From: Microbotryum violaceum
Taxonomy: Eukaryota
NCBI GenBank assembly: GCA_001244265.2
Contig: CDLV01000008.1
Span: 434,001-498,000 of the forward strand
Length of the DNA: 64,000 nt
Reading direction: 5' to 3'
In this document: positions 1 to 14,100 of the stretch, piece by piece
Position numbering within the stretch: position 1 is the first letter of the stretch
Layout of the letters: the number at the start of each line of letters is the position of its first letter
Program-made: the position numbers and the translations under genes
The notes under the pieces: model-generated
Seen by the model: the letters and a program-made list of their open reading frames with translations, nothing else
Databases searched by the model: none
What the model was told of the DNA's origin: nothing

Positions 1-1228
1 CTGCTCCAAGTATCCGATGATTCGGAATGATGAGCTTGCCAGAGCTCCGATCGACCTATGCAACAGATAGCACGATGCGTTAGACTGTTGATCTTCTTTC
101 AAAAGCACAGACTCCTCCTAGCCTTACCCGACGGAACAACCAAAACGCTCGTTGACTTTTTGGCTGATAGGAGGCGTCTGACACTCGCCTCGTATTCCTC
201 TGTCGCTCGCGGTAGGTGATGCCAAGGTATGCAAGGATTCCGATAATAAGACTGTCACCAGAAAATCGAGATAAGAAGAACATACAAGTGAGGTCAGCCT
301 CCGCGTCCGTCTCCTAGAAGAAGCACCCGAGAGCACGCAGTGTGAAATCCCGCCACTGAGCCGAACTAACACTACATTGAGCACGGCTAGGGTAATCATC
401 CTAGCCTTGAACCCTTTCGAAGGGATTCGATATACCTCCGTGTTGATGAAGGAGATCATAAGATCATAGGGTGTCGCTTTTGACGATCTATTGCCCGCCG
501 GCGAGGCCATGGTTGCTCGTGCTCGCCACCTCTTTTACACGCGAAAGGACTCGAGTCTCGACCGCGCCTACAGGGCGGCCGGAGGGTTGGTTCCACCGTT
601 GCCGAGGCTCCTGGCAGGTGATTTGGATTCTGCAGAGTGCTGATACGGTCGCGGAAATGCACTTGGGTGTTTGGAGTAGGACCGTGACCCCTGTTGTGAG
701 TCAGTACGAGCACACGGAAGAGAAGCAAGCATGGAGCAAGGCTGCTTCCCAGGCACCAGCAGGCTGCCAAGCTTGAGCGCTTTTAAGCTCTCTGTTGCGC
801 GCACCCGCGCGAGGCCGGGAGCGATCGATCGGGGAGCCTGGTGAATTGGAGCCCCACCGAAGTTCGACGGTAGCCGTCGAGCGAGACCCTTCCGTGGGGG
901 TCCAACACCCGATGCCGAATGGCGGCGAAAGAGCGGGTTAGCTCAAGCTCTGAAGCTTTGACCTGGCAAGTAATCCGGAGTCGGTGAATGTAGCCGTGAC
1001 TTATTCAATTCACGAAGCTCGACGGCGTGGCAAGAGGGTCACGGTGACCGTACGTGGTTGTCAGCTCCTGTACTTCAAGGGGTTTGCTACCCGCCCGTGA
1101 CCTCCTGATTCATGGTCCCGAGTATATTATTAGAGACATCGCAATGTAACTACTGAAACCACTGAAACCAGCTCGAAGTTCCAATAAAGGGCAATCGAGG
1201 TTGTAATTAAAAAAAGGTAGGTAAGGCA

Positions 1229-1300
1229 CCTTATAAGTAACGGGGGCCTTATAAGTAACGGGGGCCTTATAAGTAACGGGGGCCTTATAAGTAACGGGGG
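1229..1300. repeat. Perfect 18-bp tandem repeat x4 (CCTTATAAGTAACGGGGG)
   Basis: Four identical head-to-tail units read directly at 1229, 1247, 1265 and 1283. Confidence 0.95.
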
Positions 1301-1823
1301 CACGCCGGGACATGCTTTGCACGGCCCCCATAGGCTGCAAGTCGCCTTTTAGCGTCGGGACGTCGGGAGCCTGCCCCCGACGTTCTTAGGCTCCTGTCCC
1401 GCGTACATCGAAAGGTTTACCGTGTTCCTGCGCTAAGGTAACACACGCTCCATCTCTTATCAAGAGCCTACAATAGCACTCCATGGCTCACCATACCGAG
1501 ATGCTCCGCGCGAATCGGACCACCTCGACGATGCATGTCTCAAATTCAATCTCTAGAGGCTGGCCCTTTTGCAAAGCTTGAGCAGCGCCCGGTAGTGCCT
1601 AGCCCTTCCTCCCTCCCGCTGTGCGAGCTGACGACGGACTTAGCGCAGCTGCGAATCCGCCTGTGGTCTCGAACTCGAAATCATCATTCGTTGACCACAG
1701 CCCTCTTCGACAGAAATGGTCCGTGTCTCTACATCTTCGCATCCTACTTGGTTCGATGCACGCTGAACGGCTTCTTTGCTTTCCCCCCACCCACAGGTTC
1801 AAGGATCACGCCATGATGATGCC

Positions 1824-3426
1824 ATGGCAGCCATGGTCGACTCGAGCCCTCGCAGTCGCAATGACGACTGGCCAGGCTTCACCGACGTCTTCCCCAGCAG
1901 CAAGTTCGGACCTACGCCTGTCGTCGTGATGGATGGAGGAATGGGAACGACGCTTCAAGCGCCACCTTTCTCGCAGAACATCGACTCTGCTTTGTGGTCG
2001 TCCGAGTTGCTCGCGACGAGCGAAGGTCGGGAAACGCTCGCTCGGCTGCACGCGACATGGGTCGAGGCTGGGGCTGAATGCATTGGGTCCAACAGGCGAG
2101 TTGAAAGTAGTGATTCATCTTGGGCTGTAGGGCCCAGCCCTGGTTTGTATCGTCATGCGGTATCCTCGCCTCTTTCGCAAGCGAGCCGCACAAGCGCAGC
2201 TCACGTGACTGACTCCTATGATGTCCGTCCAATTCTTTCCCAGCTACCAATCTTTCCTGCCGCTCTTCTTGCCCAGAACATCAACCCACAACTGTACCCA
2301 GGAGGCACACGAGACGATGCTTTCCGCATTAAAATGCATCACTTCGACCTCGCCCGAGGTCAGATCGACTTCATCATTCTCGTCGACGAGTCGCGGTCAT
2401 TTCCCCGTTCTTTCGCTCGGACCCTTTGGCGCGGTCTGTTACCCAGGCCAAGAATACGCAGGCTTATACCCCTCCCCTTTCGGATCCCGAGGAACACCCG
2501 CCAATATCGCCTACGACGTCGAAGCCATCACTCTCCCTTCGGTACCTGTCACCCATGATCCAGAGGAGGACAATTTGACGGCATTCCACCTTCGACGGTT
2601 GAACGATTTCGTCGAGGCGAAGGAATGGAACCGTATGAAATTGATCGCGTTCGAGACGATCCCTGTGATTAAAGAAGCGAGGGCGACTCGAAGGGCGATG
2701 CAGATTTTCAATGGACGGATTGCGGGGAACGATGGAAGGAGTAAGGCAAGATTACCATTCTACATTTCTTTCGTGTTCCCTCTGGATGGACAAGGTCGGA
2801 TACGATACCCCGACGCAGGGATGGTGGGATCGTCGCTGGATGAACAAATGGAACTACTGGTCGAGGCTGTGTTTGGTGATAGAGAAGGGGAAGAAGTAGC
2901 CGATGGGTTTGGTATCAACTGCTCGAACCCGACGAGGATCGAAGAGGTGCTGCAAAGCTTGCACAAGGCCATGAAGGCCTCGAGTGACGTCGCGAAAAGG
3001 ACTGAGAAGCCGTGGTTGGTGCTGTGTCAGTATTGAGTTGAATGTTTAGCTTTCTTGTACGGCAGCTGATAAGTGTCTTATTTTGGATCCTCAGATCCCG
3101 ATGGTGGAGCAGTCTACGATGGTAAGCCTGTATCTGAAGAACCACGAGGCTTCTTCCTTGACTTGAAGTGACAGTGCCCCTCTTCTTTCCTAGTCTTTAC
3201 CAAAACGTGGTCAAACCCTCTTGGCCTTACAGTCGAGCAATGGGCCTCCCTCCTAGTCGAGAACGTCGAGTCGTCCCTCGCGATCCAATCCAAGAGAATG
3301 GGGAGTCGGGGCGATGAAGCGTTGTGGGGCGGAGTGATCGCCGGTGGGTGTTGCAAAGCGGGTCCGGAGGCCATTCGAGCGCTTGGGAAGGAGCTGGCTG
3401 CGCGGAAGTTGACGACGCTGGCTTAG
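1824..3426 (+). CDS. Homocysteine S-methyltransferase family protein (Mht1/Sam4-like), multi-exon
   Basis: Motifs VMDGGMGTTL, LWSSELL, SYQ, LIAFETIP, GINC and the C-terminal GGCC Zn-binding motif (IAGGCCKAGPEAIRAL). Stop TAG at 3424-3426. The start codon is uncertain. Confidence 0.88.
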
Positions 3427-3612
3427 ATGCCAAAACGCGTGAAGGTTCTTGTTGTAAGGTGGAAGTGGACATCCAAGGCCCCAACTTCAACAACGTCCAG
3501 TAGCTTGCTTCCCATGATCAATGATTGGAAGACGCGCCAATGACTTGACGAGGCCCGAGCGATAACGGCAACGTTCTCAGATTCGCGGGTTCGAAGTCGC
3601 TTCGATGGCTGC

Positions 3613-4170
3613 TCAAGACTTCATAAGCGAGGCCATTCGCTTCCACTGTCCCAGATCGAGGTTTTCGACATGACTGATGAGATAAGCCTGAAGGACCTGG
3701 GTTTTGTCGATCTGTTTCGGAGACGAAAAGGGTTTCCGAGGTTCGGGAGGAGAAACTTGACCAGCCTGAAGTTCGTGCGCGACAAGTACAATCGAGTCAG
3801 CACTTCGCAATCAGGTAAATACGGAATGCGTAGAAAAGAGTTAATGACCTGAGGTGCGACGAGTATGCCGATCACTTGAATGAGGTCCTTGATCGCTGGT
3901 GAGTAGGAAGCCACCTTGTCGCCGATGCTGTCGGAGTAGTCAACGAGTAGCCCATGGCTTTCATCGACGACGAGTGCGACGCGGTTCTTGACGTCCAAAG
4001 AGACGACCCTGGTAGAAGAAGCAGTGTTAAGCATTTTGTGTTTCAAATTTGCGGGGCTCGGGTAGGAATCCACCTCACCTCGCGACGAGGCGCACGCGTC
4101 GTGGTGGTTCAGCGAGTTCGGGCAGCGCGTCGAGGAGCACTATCTGAGCTACGGGGGGTGGATTGGACAT
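3613..4170 (-). CDS. TEN1: Telomere-capping CST complex subunit Ten1-like small OB-fold protein, multi-exon
   Basis: Spliced reading MSNPPP...RRVRLVARVDSY...GLLVDYS...LIQVIGIL...LQAYLISHVENLDLGQWK matches the fungal Ten1 pattern (VRl.g.V..Y / lVD / vnViGyl / lDl). Recognised by eye only. Confidence 0.6.
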
Positions 4171-4409
4171 AGCCTGGGTCGGATGAGGCGGGGCAGTCGA
4201 GGTCGAGGCCGATCGACTGGTGTTTGACGCTGGCGTGGGGCTGAAGGTCATCAGACGCGGAGGCGTGCTACGCAACTGAGGCGACACGCGCACGGACCGC
4301 TTGCCGGCTTTTTGAAGTGAGACACCGGCCCCAAGCGACCAGAGCACAGTCGGAAAATGCGCGGCTCATCTAACGCTCATCTTCCGGCCGTCGGGCAGCC
4401 TCTGGCACG

Positions 4410-7400
4410 ATGTCTCGGAAGAAGGGGGTGCCCAACAATCGACACCAGGCCCAGCAGGTGCCAGCCCGGTCGCAGCATGATGGAACGCAGCAACAGGTAG
4501 GAGCAGCAGCCACAGCACCGGTCACGACACCACCTCCACTGCAGTCGCCGCGAGGGCACGCCAAGCTGCAGCAACAGCCTCAGCAATGCACATCTTCAGC
4601 AGCAGCAGCCGGCACCCACGCAAGCCTGCGAACGGTGACTGAGCCGACCCCACTTTGGGCCGTGCCATCGCCTCCTAGGCCCCCACCTTCGTACGATGTT
4701 GGCCCTCACAACAACACCCACAAGATATCGAACATGGCTTACAACATGCCCAGGTCGATGATGATGCCGCTGCCCATGGCCATGCCGATGCACGCCGTGC
4801 TCCGACCACCACAGCCCGTGCCGACGGCGTACAACCCGCACGTGAACTCACTCCCTGGCGCACACCCTGTCCCCCCACCGCACCATCAGAGCCCGTACGT
4901 GCTCAGCCCGACCACCTCCAACTCATCTCGACCTCATCCCGCCGCAACGGCTACGACAACGATGCTCTACGCGACCTCTCCCCCGCCCCCGCAGGTCGCC
5001 GCGACCCAGGTCCGACCTCCTTTGAAGGCGCCCCTATTCCCACCAGGCCTTGATCGATACGCCCAGTGCTACGTCCCACAATGGCAAAAGGACGTCAATG
5101 AAGCCACCCAAGTCTACTTCATACCCCAGCTACCACCCGATAGCCACCGAAATTTGTACAACTGGGACGATCTCTTCCCGAGAAAGCTTCTCGCCGACTT
5201 GGATGCGCTCGAAGCAAAACATCGAGCCGGCATCATTAGCTCGTTGCCTCCGATCAACTTTGGCGGGACTCCACCACCTCTTGACGCGCCACTTGTGGTA
5301 CAGTCATCCCGTATTGTCCCCGTGAGACCTGGGGCACCTCGCCAACCGGTCGCCCCACCCCCACCCCCACCTCCCCCTCGCGTTCCGCTCACCGTACCGG
5401 CCATCTCCCTCGAGGAAGAACTGAGGAACAAGATACCCAAACTCGCACCCGATACGTATGCGCAGTATTGGATACCACTGCAGCATGTCGAGGTCGAAGG
5501 TCACTCGTTTCGCAGAATCACAGTGCCCCACGAGCCAATGTTTACTGTGCATCACTTATGTTGTATCTTTACAGCTCGGATAAAGCAACTCCACGATGCT
5601 CGAATGTACGCCGTCCCTATCACTAGGGCACCTCTCCCTCCATCTGGTTCCGTTGCCCCTCAATCGCCGCGACTCTACGTTCTCCAAGCTCCCTCAATCC
5701 GTGAAGGCTGGCCACCGGTAGAGCTCGGTGACTCGCTCGAGTTGCGACAATTGCGACCTCAGCAGCGGTTCGTCGATGGGCAAACGACCTCGAGTGGGAC
5801 TTGGCAAAGCTTTGTCTTTGAAGCGACAATCGCGAGTGTGAATCGAGCCAAAGGGGAGGTGCTGCTGCGGTGCGATGGACTCGCCAATCATGAAGAGTCA
5901 ATGATCTTCAACGTGGTCTGGAGGGTGCAAGGTGGGTCTTTACAGTCTGTTTTTTTCCCCATGACTGCTGACCGGTGTTTGCGCGGGGGCTTGCAGCTCG
6001 AGTGTTTGAGCACTGGCGAAGAGCTACCGAGAGAATCTCTATGGCAATGATTAGTAGTAAACACACCAAGGACAAAGCACGGTCGGTCGCACAGAGTTGG
6101 CTCTTCCCCGAAGTGGACGACTACAGGCAAGAGGATGACAATACCGAACCCGTAGTCTTCCGGGGCATCGACGGGAGTCTGAACAAAGAGCAGAGGGTAT
6201 GTGTACAAGCGCAGTCTTAATGTTCTGTCCTTGCACTCATTCGGACTTCTTTTTCCATACAGGATGCCGTCACTTCGATCTTGTGGGCAAAACACAAGGT
6301 GCCGTTTCTCATCAGCGGTCCTCCGGGAACTGGAAAGACAAAAACGCTGGTGGAAGCGGTTCTACAGCTACTGCGAAGTAAGCAAACAGCGCTGTGCACT
6401 CCTGTGGAGTGATTCTCTATAGACAGCGATTGAAGTCGCGTTTCCGTCTTGGCAGAACATCCGACAACGCATATCCTTGTCTGCGGTGCTTCGGGCCCTT
6501 CGGCTGACACACTATGTATGCGCCTGAGGAGCCTCAAACCGACCGAGGTAATAAAGCCTCTCTCTCACTCCTCTATTATGCGTTGCACTGAGGGCTGACG
6601 TAACCTATAGTTCAGCTCTTCCGAATGAATGCCCCTAGTCGGCCATTCGCAGAAGTACGGGGCGAGCTCCTACCTTTCTGTCACGTGGAAGACGGCAACT
6701 TTGCCCTCCCACCCCTGCCCGAACTCCTGGCGAAGCGCGTCATTGTCTGCTCACTCATCGATGCAGCCATGCTGCTTGACGCCCGTTGCTCGAATCACGA
6801 CCTCAACGAGCTCCTACTTTACACAAACAAGACCGTCCGTCCTCTTCAGCCAGTTGAGAATCCTTCGCCCCACTTCGGCTTCCTCTTGGTCGATGAAGCT
6901 GCACAAGCGAGTGAACCCGATCTCGCGTGTGCGCTCTCCGTCGTCGTTGTTGATCCACTGCGGTCCAATGGACGACCGCACGTGACGATCTGTGGTGATT
7001 CCAAGCAGTTAGGCTCGGTCATCGTGTCCCAAGAAGCCAGATCGCACGGCTTGGACGTCAGTCTTGTGGAACGATTGGCGCAGCGGGGCCTGTACGCTCA
7101 ACATCCCTTCGCTCGGAAAAGGAGACAAGAGAATCCGCACGCGGCGTGGACCTTGGGAACCCCCTTTGTCGACTTGGTCAAGAACTACCGCTCCGCTGTC
7201 CCGATCTTGATGCTTCCTTCGACCCTGTACTACAACGAAACGCTCGAGCCCTGCGCGGCCCCCACTGTGCAAAACAGCCCGCTCCACAAATGGATAGGAC
7301 TGCCACGTCGCGGATGGCCTATCGTCTTCCGCGGTATCGTGGGCCGTGACGAACCGATCGATGAAGGCGCCTCATTTTACAACCAAGAAGAAGTTGATCA

Positions 7401-8031
7401 AGTCGTTTTCTACATCACCGCGCTCGTGCGCTCCGACGCTAACTCTGATCATGGTCCCGTTCATGCGCGAGAGATTTCCGTCATCTCACCTTACCGTGAA
7501 CAAGTATGGAAGATTCGTCTTGCCCTTCGTTCGCTCGGCCTCCACGAAGTCGATGTCGGGAACGTTGAAGCTCTCCAAGGTGCAGAAAATAGGATCGTCA
7601 TCATCTCAAGCGTAAGATCCGATCGAAGATGGATGGCCGCCGATCGTGCACACGCGAGAGGTCTGATTCACGAACCGAAACGATTCAACGTCGCCATGAC
7701 CCGAGCAAAGGAGTTACTCATTGTCATTGGGAACCCGAATACGCTACTCGTCGACTCGGATTGGGCCGCGTTCTATCAGTTCTGTCGCCGCAACGACGCT
7801 TATGTCGGTGTACCGATCGAGGGGCATTCGAGGATCGATGATATCGCTGCGAGTGCCCAGGCGGTGTCAAAGCTTGAACAGCAATGGCATGCTACACATC
7901 AGAATGGCTCGACACCCGTACGGAACGGGTCGTATGCGGATGCGAATGGGGAAAAGGTTGAAGAGGATCAGTTCCGGCATATCGATCTTCTGGTCGGTCG
8001 GATGGCGAGTGTGACGTTGGAGAGGGAGTGA
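4410..8031 (+). CDS. Upf1-like SF1 RNA helicase, MOV10/SDE3/Armitage type, with Pro/Gln-rich N-terminus; multi-exon
   Basis: Walker A PFLISGPPGTGKTKTLVEAVLQL, DEAAQ, GDSKQLG, LVKNYRS, VISPYREQV, VEALQGAE and RFNVAMTRAKELLIVIG. Confidence 0.85.
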
Positions 8032-8173
8032 TGAGCTTTGTCGTATGCTTCTTGCTTCAACTCGATGAATTATCCCTGCCCCATTATCATATCGCAAACC
8101 CGCGAGACAGCGTATTCGTGAAGACCAAAGTGTTATTTCAGGTATTTCTATACATCAGACCCCTCTCCTACTC

Positions 8174-11100
8174 CTACCTCTCCAACAATCTCGCCACTAC
8201 GAACATCTTCAACACCTTCATCATCTCCCCACTCGTGCCGGCTCCTTCCTTAGCCCCTTTCACCCCTCCCAGAGTAGAGGTCGATCTAGCCCCTGCCCGA
8301 TCCAGTATCCCCCCTAGATCGGTCGCCAACTCGCCCGAGATCTCTCTTCGCATCGCGATTGACGCTCGGGTAGGTGAAGGATCCGGTTTGCTCAACCACA
8401 ATGCCAATTGAGACGTCGAGAGCAGCAAGACGCCTTCGAGAGTTTGTGCGGTCGAACTTTGCATCGTTCGCCAGAAGTAAGGCATCAAAGGCGTGATTGA
8501 GCTAGTGGAAGTCGTCGATGACGCGGCGGGTGGCGATTGGCGTAATGTGTCGAGGCAGAATGATGCGAGGTCGAACAGTGTGCCGATCGAGGCTTTCTCG
8601 TTCGAGCTCACCGTAGCGGTCTAAGCGGACGAAACCAGCAAGATTGAATGAGTCTAGCCTCAATTCGGTCATGCAGCGCGGCTGAAACTCACAGGAATGA
8701 CAATCGCTCGATCCGTTCTCCATTCCGTCGGATCCGTCGATAAAACCTTGAAAGCGTTCGTATGCGCGACCAAAGCATCAACAACTCCCCTCGCCAATTG
8801 CAACAAAGCAAGCGTCACGGTCGCTACAACGGGTCGTTTACTCAGGTCCCCATTCGGGTCCACCGACGTCGAAGCATCCTTCTCGATCCAACTTCGTTCT
8901 TCGGGATTGGTGGGCTCGATGAGGTTCGAGAGATGGTTAGGGTGTAGGATCGCGTAAACGATGTGTTGGAGGAGATGGAGGGATTGTTCGGCAAAGATGG
9001 TGGCGAGGGCTTCGATCCCGATTGAACCTTCACGGAGGGATGCGGGCCCTCTCGACCCTTTTTGAGAATCGGCGAGGAACGCAGCTCGTTGGATAACACC
9101 GTGCATCAACGCTGTCGAAATTGCAAGCTCCTCTAATCCTGGAAGACTGATGACCGAATCGGCGTTCCAGCTCATCGCGCAGGCGATCTGTTGGCCATGC
9201 AGACGCACGAAACCCGTGACTTCGACTTCGAAGAATTGAGTCGAATCGCCGAGAGCAGCGATGAGTGCGACGACGAGTTTGAGCATTGAAGTCCACATCT
9301 CGTGTTCGTATGATCGTTGCGAGGAGCCATCACGAGCGGTGATCGAGATCGTGCCTGCTTCGGCTGCAGAGCTGAGGGCGTTATTCGTCAAGGCCGTCAT
9401 CAAACCTTCGAGAGCCATCTGTTCGGCCGCTCGAGCTGACGAAGTGGCTATGGCGAGACAAAGGTCGAGCACATGCTGTGCATACAACGGCCGACCATCG
9501 ATCTGATCCATATGTACAAAGACATCGAAAGCGGCGCGGAAGAAATCGACCTCCTGGCAATGGGCGAGCCATACGCCCGCATGAGGGATGAAGGACGAAT
9601 GTACGAGTTGGGAAAGCACCGCACTCGCAAGCGCGACATCCTGCTCGAGATCGGGATCTTGCGAAGCTCGCGCGATGACGAATAAATCATGCGCGGCAGT
9701 GATCATTGACCTCAGGACGATTTCGGTCGCTCCCGCGATCGTCGATTGTTGTTCCGCCGAAAAGCTCGCTCGATCGGCTCCAGCCAGTTTGCGATAAGCG
9801 AAATAGGCGATACGGAATAAGGTCTGATGGAACATCGGTACATTTCGACGAAGCACAGATTCGAGGGGTTCGAGCGTTTCACTCGAGAAAATCCGACCGA
9901 TCCCATGGATGAGCTTGACAAGCTGTCCCCGAACCTGGTCCAGCTCGAGTCCTTGCAGGACCTCGATCATGATCAAGAGGATCGACAGGCGCTCATCCTG
10001 CACTGTCAAAACGATCTGACCGCCTCGATCCTCTTCGGCAATCGAGCTGGTGACGAGGTCGGCCGCGACGTCCAACACCGTCATTGATGCGGCTCGGTCG
10101 TTGCTGATCAACGGTAATGCCAATTCGAGCAACTGTCTCCATGATCGAGTGTGCGAAATTTGCGCATCAACGAGCGAGAAGTTGAGGTTAAGCTTCCCCG
10201 TCTGCTCAATCACATCACTGAACGCCTCGGGACCCAAATTCGCCGCATTGGCTTCGGACATGAAACCATCCAACCGACGGCGCAAGATCGAAAGCGAGTA
10301 GAGGTACGTCGCGCCGTATTCCCGCGATCCTTCGAGTGGGTGCGATTGAGCGGGCATTCGCAGGGTCTCGATATCGATTTCGGGGAACGACTCGCGCAAC
10401 AAGTCGAAAACGCCACTTTGCAATTGCGGAGCGCACGACGAGTCCATCGCCGTCTGTAGGGCGTTCGATAATTGGGTCTTGTCCGATAGGGCTTTGATTA
10501 ACGCCTTGGCACTCGTCGCAGAAGCGGGTGAAGGTCGTTCGAGGACGACGCCGATATCGAGAGCTAGTACTCGAACGGCATGGGCTTTGGCCATGACTCG
10601 ATGACAGTAATCCCTGACTCCTTGATCATCATCCGGTTCCGACTCGCCAAGACTCTTGAACGCAATTTTGACAAATGCGTTCCATGGTGCAGGTCGACCC
10701 CTGAAGTCATCCAAGGCGTCTCCATAATCGACGAGATGCTGGAAGACGAAATCAAAGAAACGCAACACGCTCGCGAGTAGATCAGGTTGATCAGTCCACG
10801 TCTCGTTCCAAATGCCGATCGTTTCCAGGGCAACGCCCAGAGCCGTGCGAGGTAGAGGTTTGATCGCCGGTGGAGCCAAGGATTTGTACAACGCTCGGGC
10901 GTCTTCTTCGGCCGCCGTCAAGGCCTTGTTCTCTTTGCCTGCGTCGGCTGATTCGAGGAGTTTCGCTTGGTCGCCCTCGATGAAGAAAGGGAAGTGCCGA
11001 CCTGTGACGATGAGAATCGCCAAGCTAGGTTGCGTTTCTACGATCGAAGAGATCTGTAATTAAAACAAGGGCTCGACCTCGGGATCAGCCTCGAGACACT

Positions 11101-14100
11101 CGACATCACTGAAGAAATTCTCAACTCACCATATCCCAAACAGCAACCTGCAACGTCTCCGTCCCCATGGGATTCGCCGCAATCTGCAGCACCTTGTTTA
11201 CCCATTCCTGACTCCTTGTCGCTCCCCCAAGTAAAGCCGTCAAACTCGGTGGTCTCGGCGTCGCGTTTACCGAGCCCAAACACAACAACGTCATCACCTT
11301 TGCTGCTTCGATCGACACCTTGTGATTCAAGGGCGAAACGATGAATTGCGCTAGACATTCGACCCATTCGACTCGGGTGGATTTGGTGGTGCTCCCGCTG
11401 CCGAAAGCGAGGTTCGAAGCTGCTGCGATGGAAAGTCCATCGGTACTGGAAGGCGAAAGGACGAGTTTCTCGAACAATGACGTCGACATCCCTCGGATGC
11501 GTTGGCGGATTCTCAATAGTTTCCGAATGAGGGAGAGTGAGGCAAGGATTAAATCCTCCGAGCCTTGTGCTTCATGGAATCGAATCGCTTTGCGCAAGTT
11601 GATGATGTGGTCCGGACCATTCGAAATGGTCGTGATGAGAGGCATCAACTGCCCGACCGTAGCTCTAAGTAACAACGCATCCAAGACGATCGTCGCGACG
11701 GGTGGGAACTGTCCTTGACTCGCTCCCGACGCCAGTTCACCTTCTTCCAATACGAGCGTGTAGAGTTGCACGATCCTTCGAGCGACCTCGTACTTCTCAC
11801 TAAGGTTCACGAACCTCCAACTCGCATACGAAGGCCACACCTCGTCGCGAACCCAAGCCAATGCGCGGACCAAGACGTCGATTTTGATCTCCTCGAAATC
11901 GGCGCTGATGGCGGCGGAGGTGACCTGTTCCTCGAGAACGAGCGCTCGAACGAGGGACAGCAATGCCAAAGTGATGGGATACTTTCCAGGCAGCCTTTCG
12001 TTCACCAAAATTGAATGCCGTCCTGCTCCAGACCCATCACGGTTCCAGGTGCCACTCGTTGCGGAGCTCGCTTTTGAAGTGGAAGGGAAGAGCAGATCGG
12101 ACCCTCGAAGAAGCGTCCAGCATACCCCAGGGTAGGAGGGCAAGAGCGCAGCGATCAAGCCGAGCAACGAGCTGACCAAACGTGTCGAGACGTCCGATCG
12201 CGAAGGGGTCGACATGACCCGATCAAGGATGCGAAACAAGACCTCGACGAGGTCGTACCTCGGTGCATCGTTCTCTTCATCTGACATCGTGTTTGCCGAT
12301 TGCGGAACGGTGAGATGTTCGACCAGTGTCGTTCCGAGCGACGGATCGTTCTTGAGCATCGCTCGAAAGATGTCCAATACGACGACGACGTCCTCTTCTT
12401 GAGCCTGCTCGTCCTCCCATTCGATCGGTAACGTGTGAGCCGACCTTGTCGCGGAATCATCGCCAAAGACGTCCTCGATCGCCCCGCCGTCCTTTTTCTT
12501 GGGTTGCTGTCGACCCTTCGCTGGGCTCGACTGTCGACGACCCCCCGCAAAGTTTTCGAGGACATCCCCAAACAACCTCCAAGCGGACCATTTGAGATCC
12601 CACTGCACGACGACTGGCTTTTGCCCCTGTTGGCTTACCAACTTGCCCATCACACCCACGGGGATCGATAAACTCCGCGAAAGGACGATCGGTCGAATCG
12701 ATCGATACGTCACGGTGGGGTAAACGGCCACTTCGTAGGGTAAAGGTGTCATCGACGGTGCGGAAGGGACGATGCAAGTCAACGAGTCCAACGCGGCGAG
12801 CCACTCGAAGGCGGTGGCGGCGCATTTGGAAGCCAGTTCTTCGGCCTCTATTGTCGCGCTCGACGTCGCATCGTCTAAAGTGTCGGGTAGCAAGCCCGAG
12901 ACTCCAACGCAGAGCGCTCTGACGATCGAAGCGAAACCCGTGAACTGCACGGGGAACCGGGCTTGGGCTATCGAAATGGTCTCCAGTTCTCCGAGCATCT
13001 GCGTCGTGCGTTCGTCGAAGGTCATCATCATCGACGCATCGGCCGAGGCGTCAAACGCGGAGCGCAGCAATTCGACGCCTTGATCTTGCCAGAATTGAAC
13101 GCAGAGGATCGAAGCAGCGCGGTTTTCGAAGAGCGAGCTGAAGACTTTGAAGTGGGCCGAGAGTTGTTCCGAGGTGAGGAAGGACAGTCGTATCAAGAGC
13201 GGGAGACAGGTGACGAGACCTCGCAGGACGGAAAGATAGCCCACGGCGTTGGGCTCGACCAAATTCGAGGTCGAGGTTGATGAGCCGCCCAGTAAGGACG
13301 AATGGAGGATCGCGAGCAAAGCGGTGAAGAAGCCGGAGCTTGGAGAGAGGGCGTGGGTGGCGTAGAGCTGGAACAAGGGCTGTGCACTCGACGAGGAGGA
13401 GGTGGAAGGTGCTTCGACGCGCAAGGACTGGGATGCAAAGTCGTGGTACGCCTCGGGAACACCTCGGTCGATCAGGAACGCCGTCACTTTGGAGAGCAGG
13501 AACGCCCAGCCCAGCAGAATCGGAGAGGCCCTCTCGGTATCGACCTGTACGAGCGTTTCGACGGCTGCGTTGATGCTCTTGAGGTTGTCGGCGTGGTAGA
13601 TGCTCGTCGTTGGCAAGGGTTTTTCGCCCGGCGCAGGTATCGGAGAGGGAACCTCGATCGCTAGTTCAAGATTGAGCGCTTCAATCGCCAAGATGGTCCA
13701 CAGGTAACCAATCTCGGCGACGATAACGGCCGCCTCCTTGTCAAAGTACCCGAACAAGCTTTGCCGTTGCCCCCACTGCGTCTCGGCGATAGTCTCGAGC
13801 ACGAGCAAGAATATCGGACCGTTGGGAGGTAGGGGCGAGTAAAAGATAAGAAAGACGATCTCGAGCAGCGCTTTCTGTTCGCGCAAGAGTTGCTTTGCCC
13901 AGAACAGGGAGTGGGTCGGGGACGTTCGAACGGCGTCGGGCAGCGCATCGCGTGTCCGCTGGACAAAGGCTCGGAGTATGGACACGGCAAAGTCGGCGGT
14001 GAGGATCGAAGGCAGGAGCCGGGTCGAGAGCTGGTGGACGGCGTTATCGGTATCTGGGTCGTCCTCTGTAGTGTGGGAAGGAAGGAGTCAGCGACCGCGC

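Noticed and set aside
1229..1300. CRISPR array
   Set aside because: No spacers between the repeats, eukaryotic context and no cas genes.
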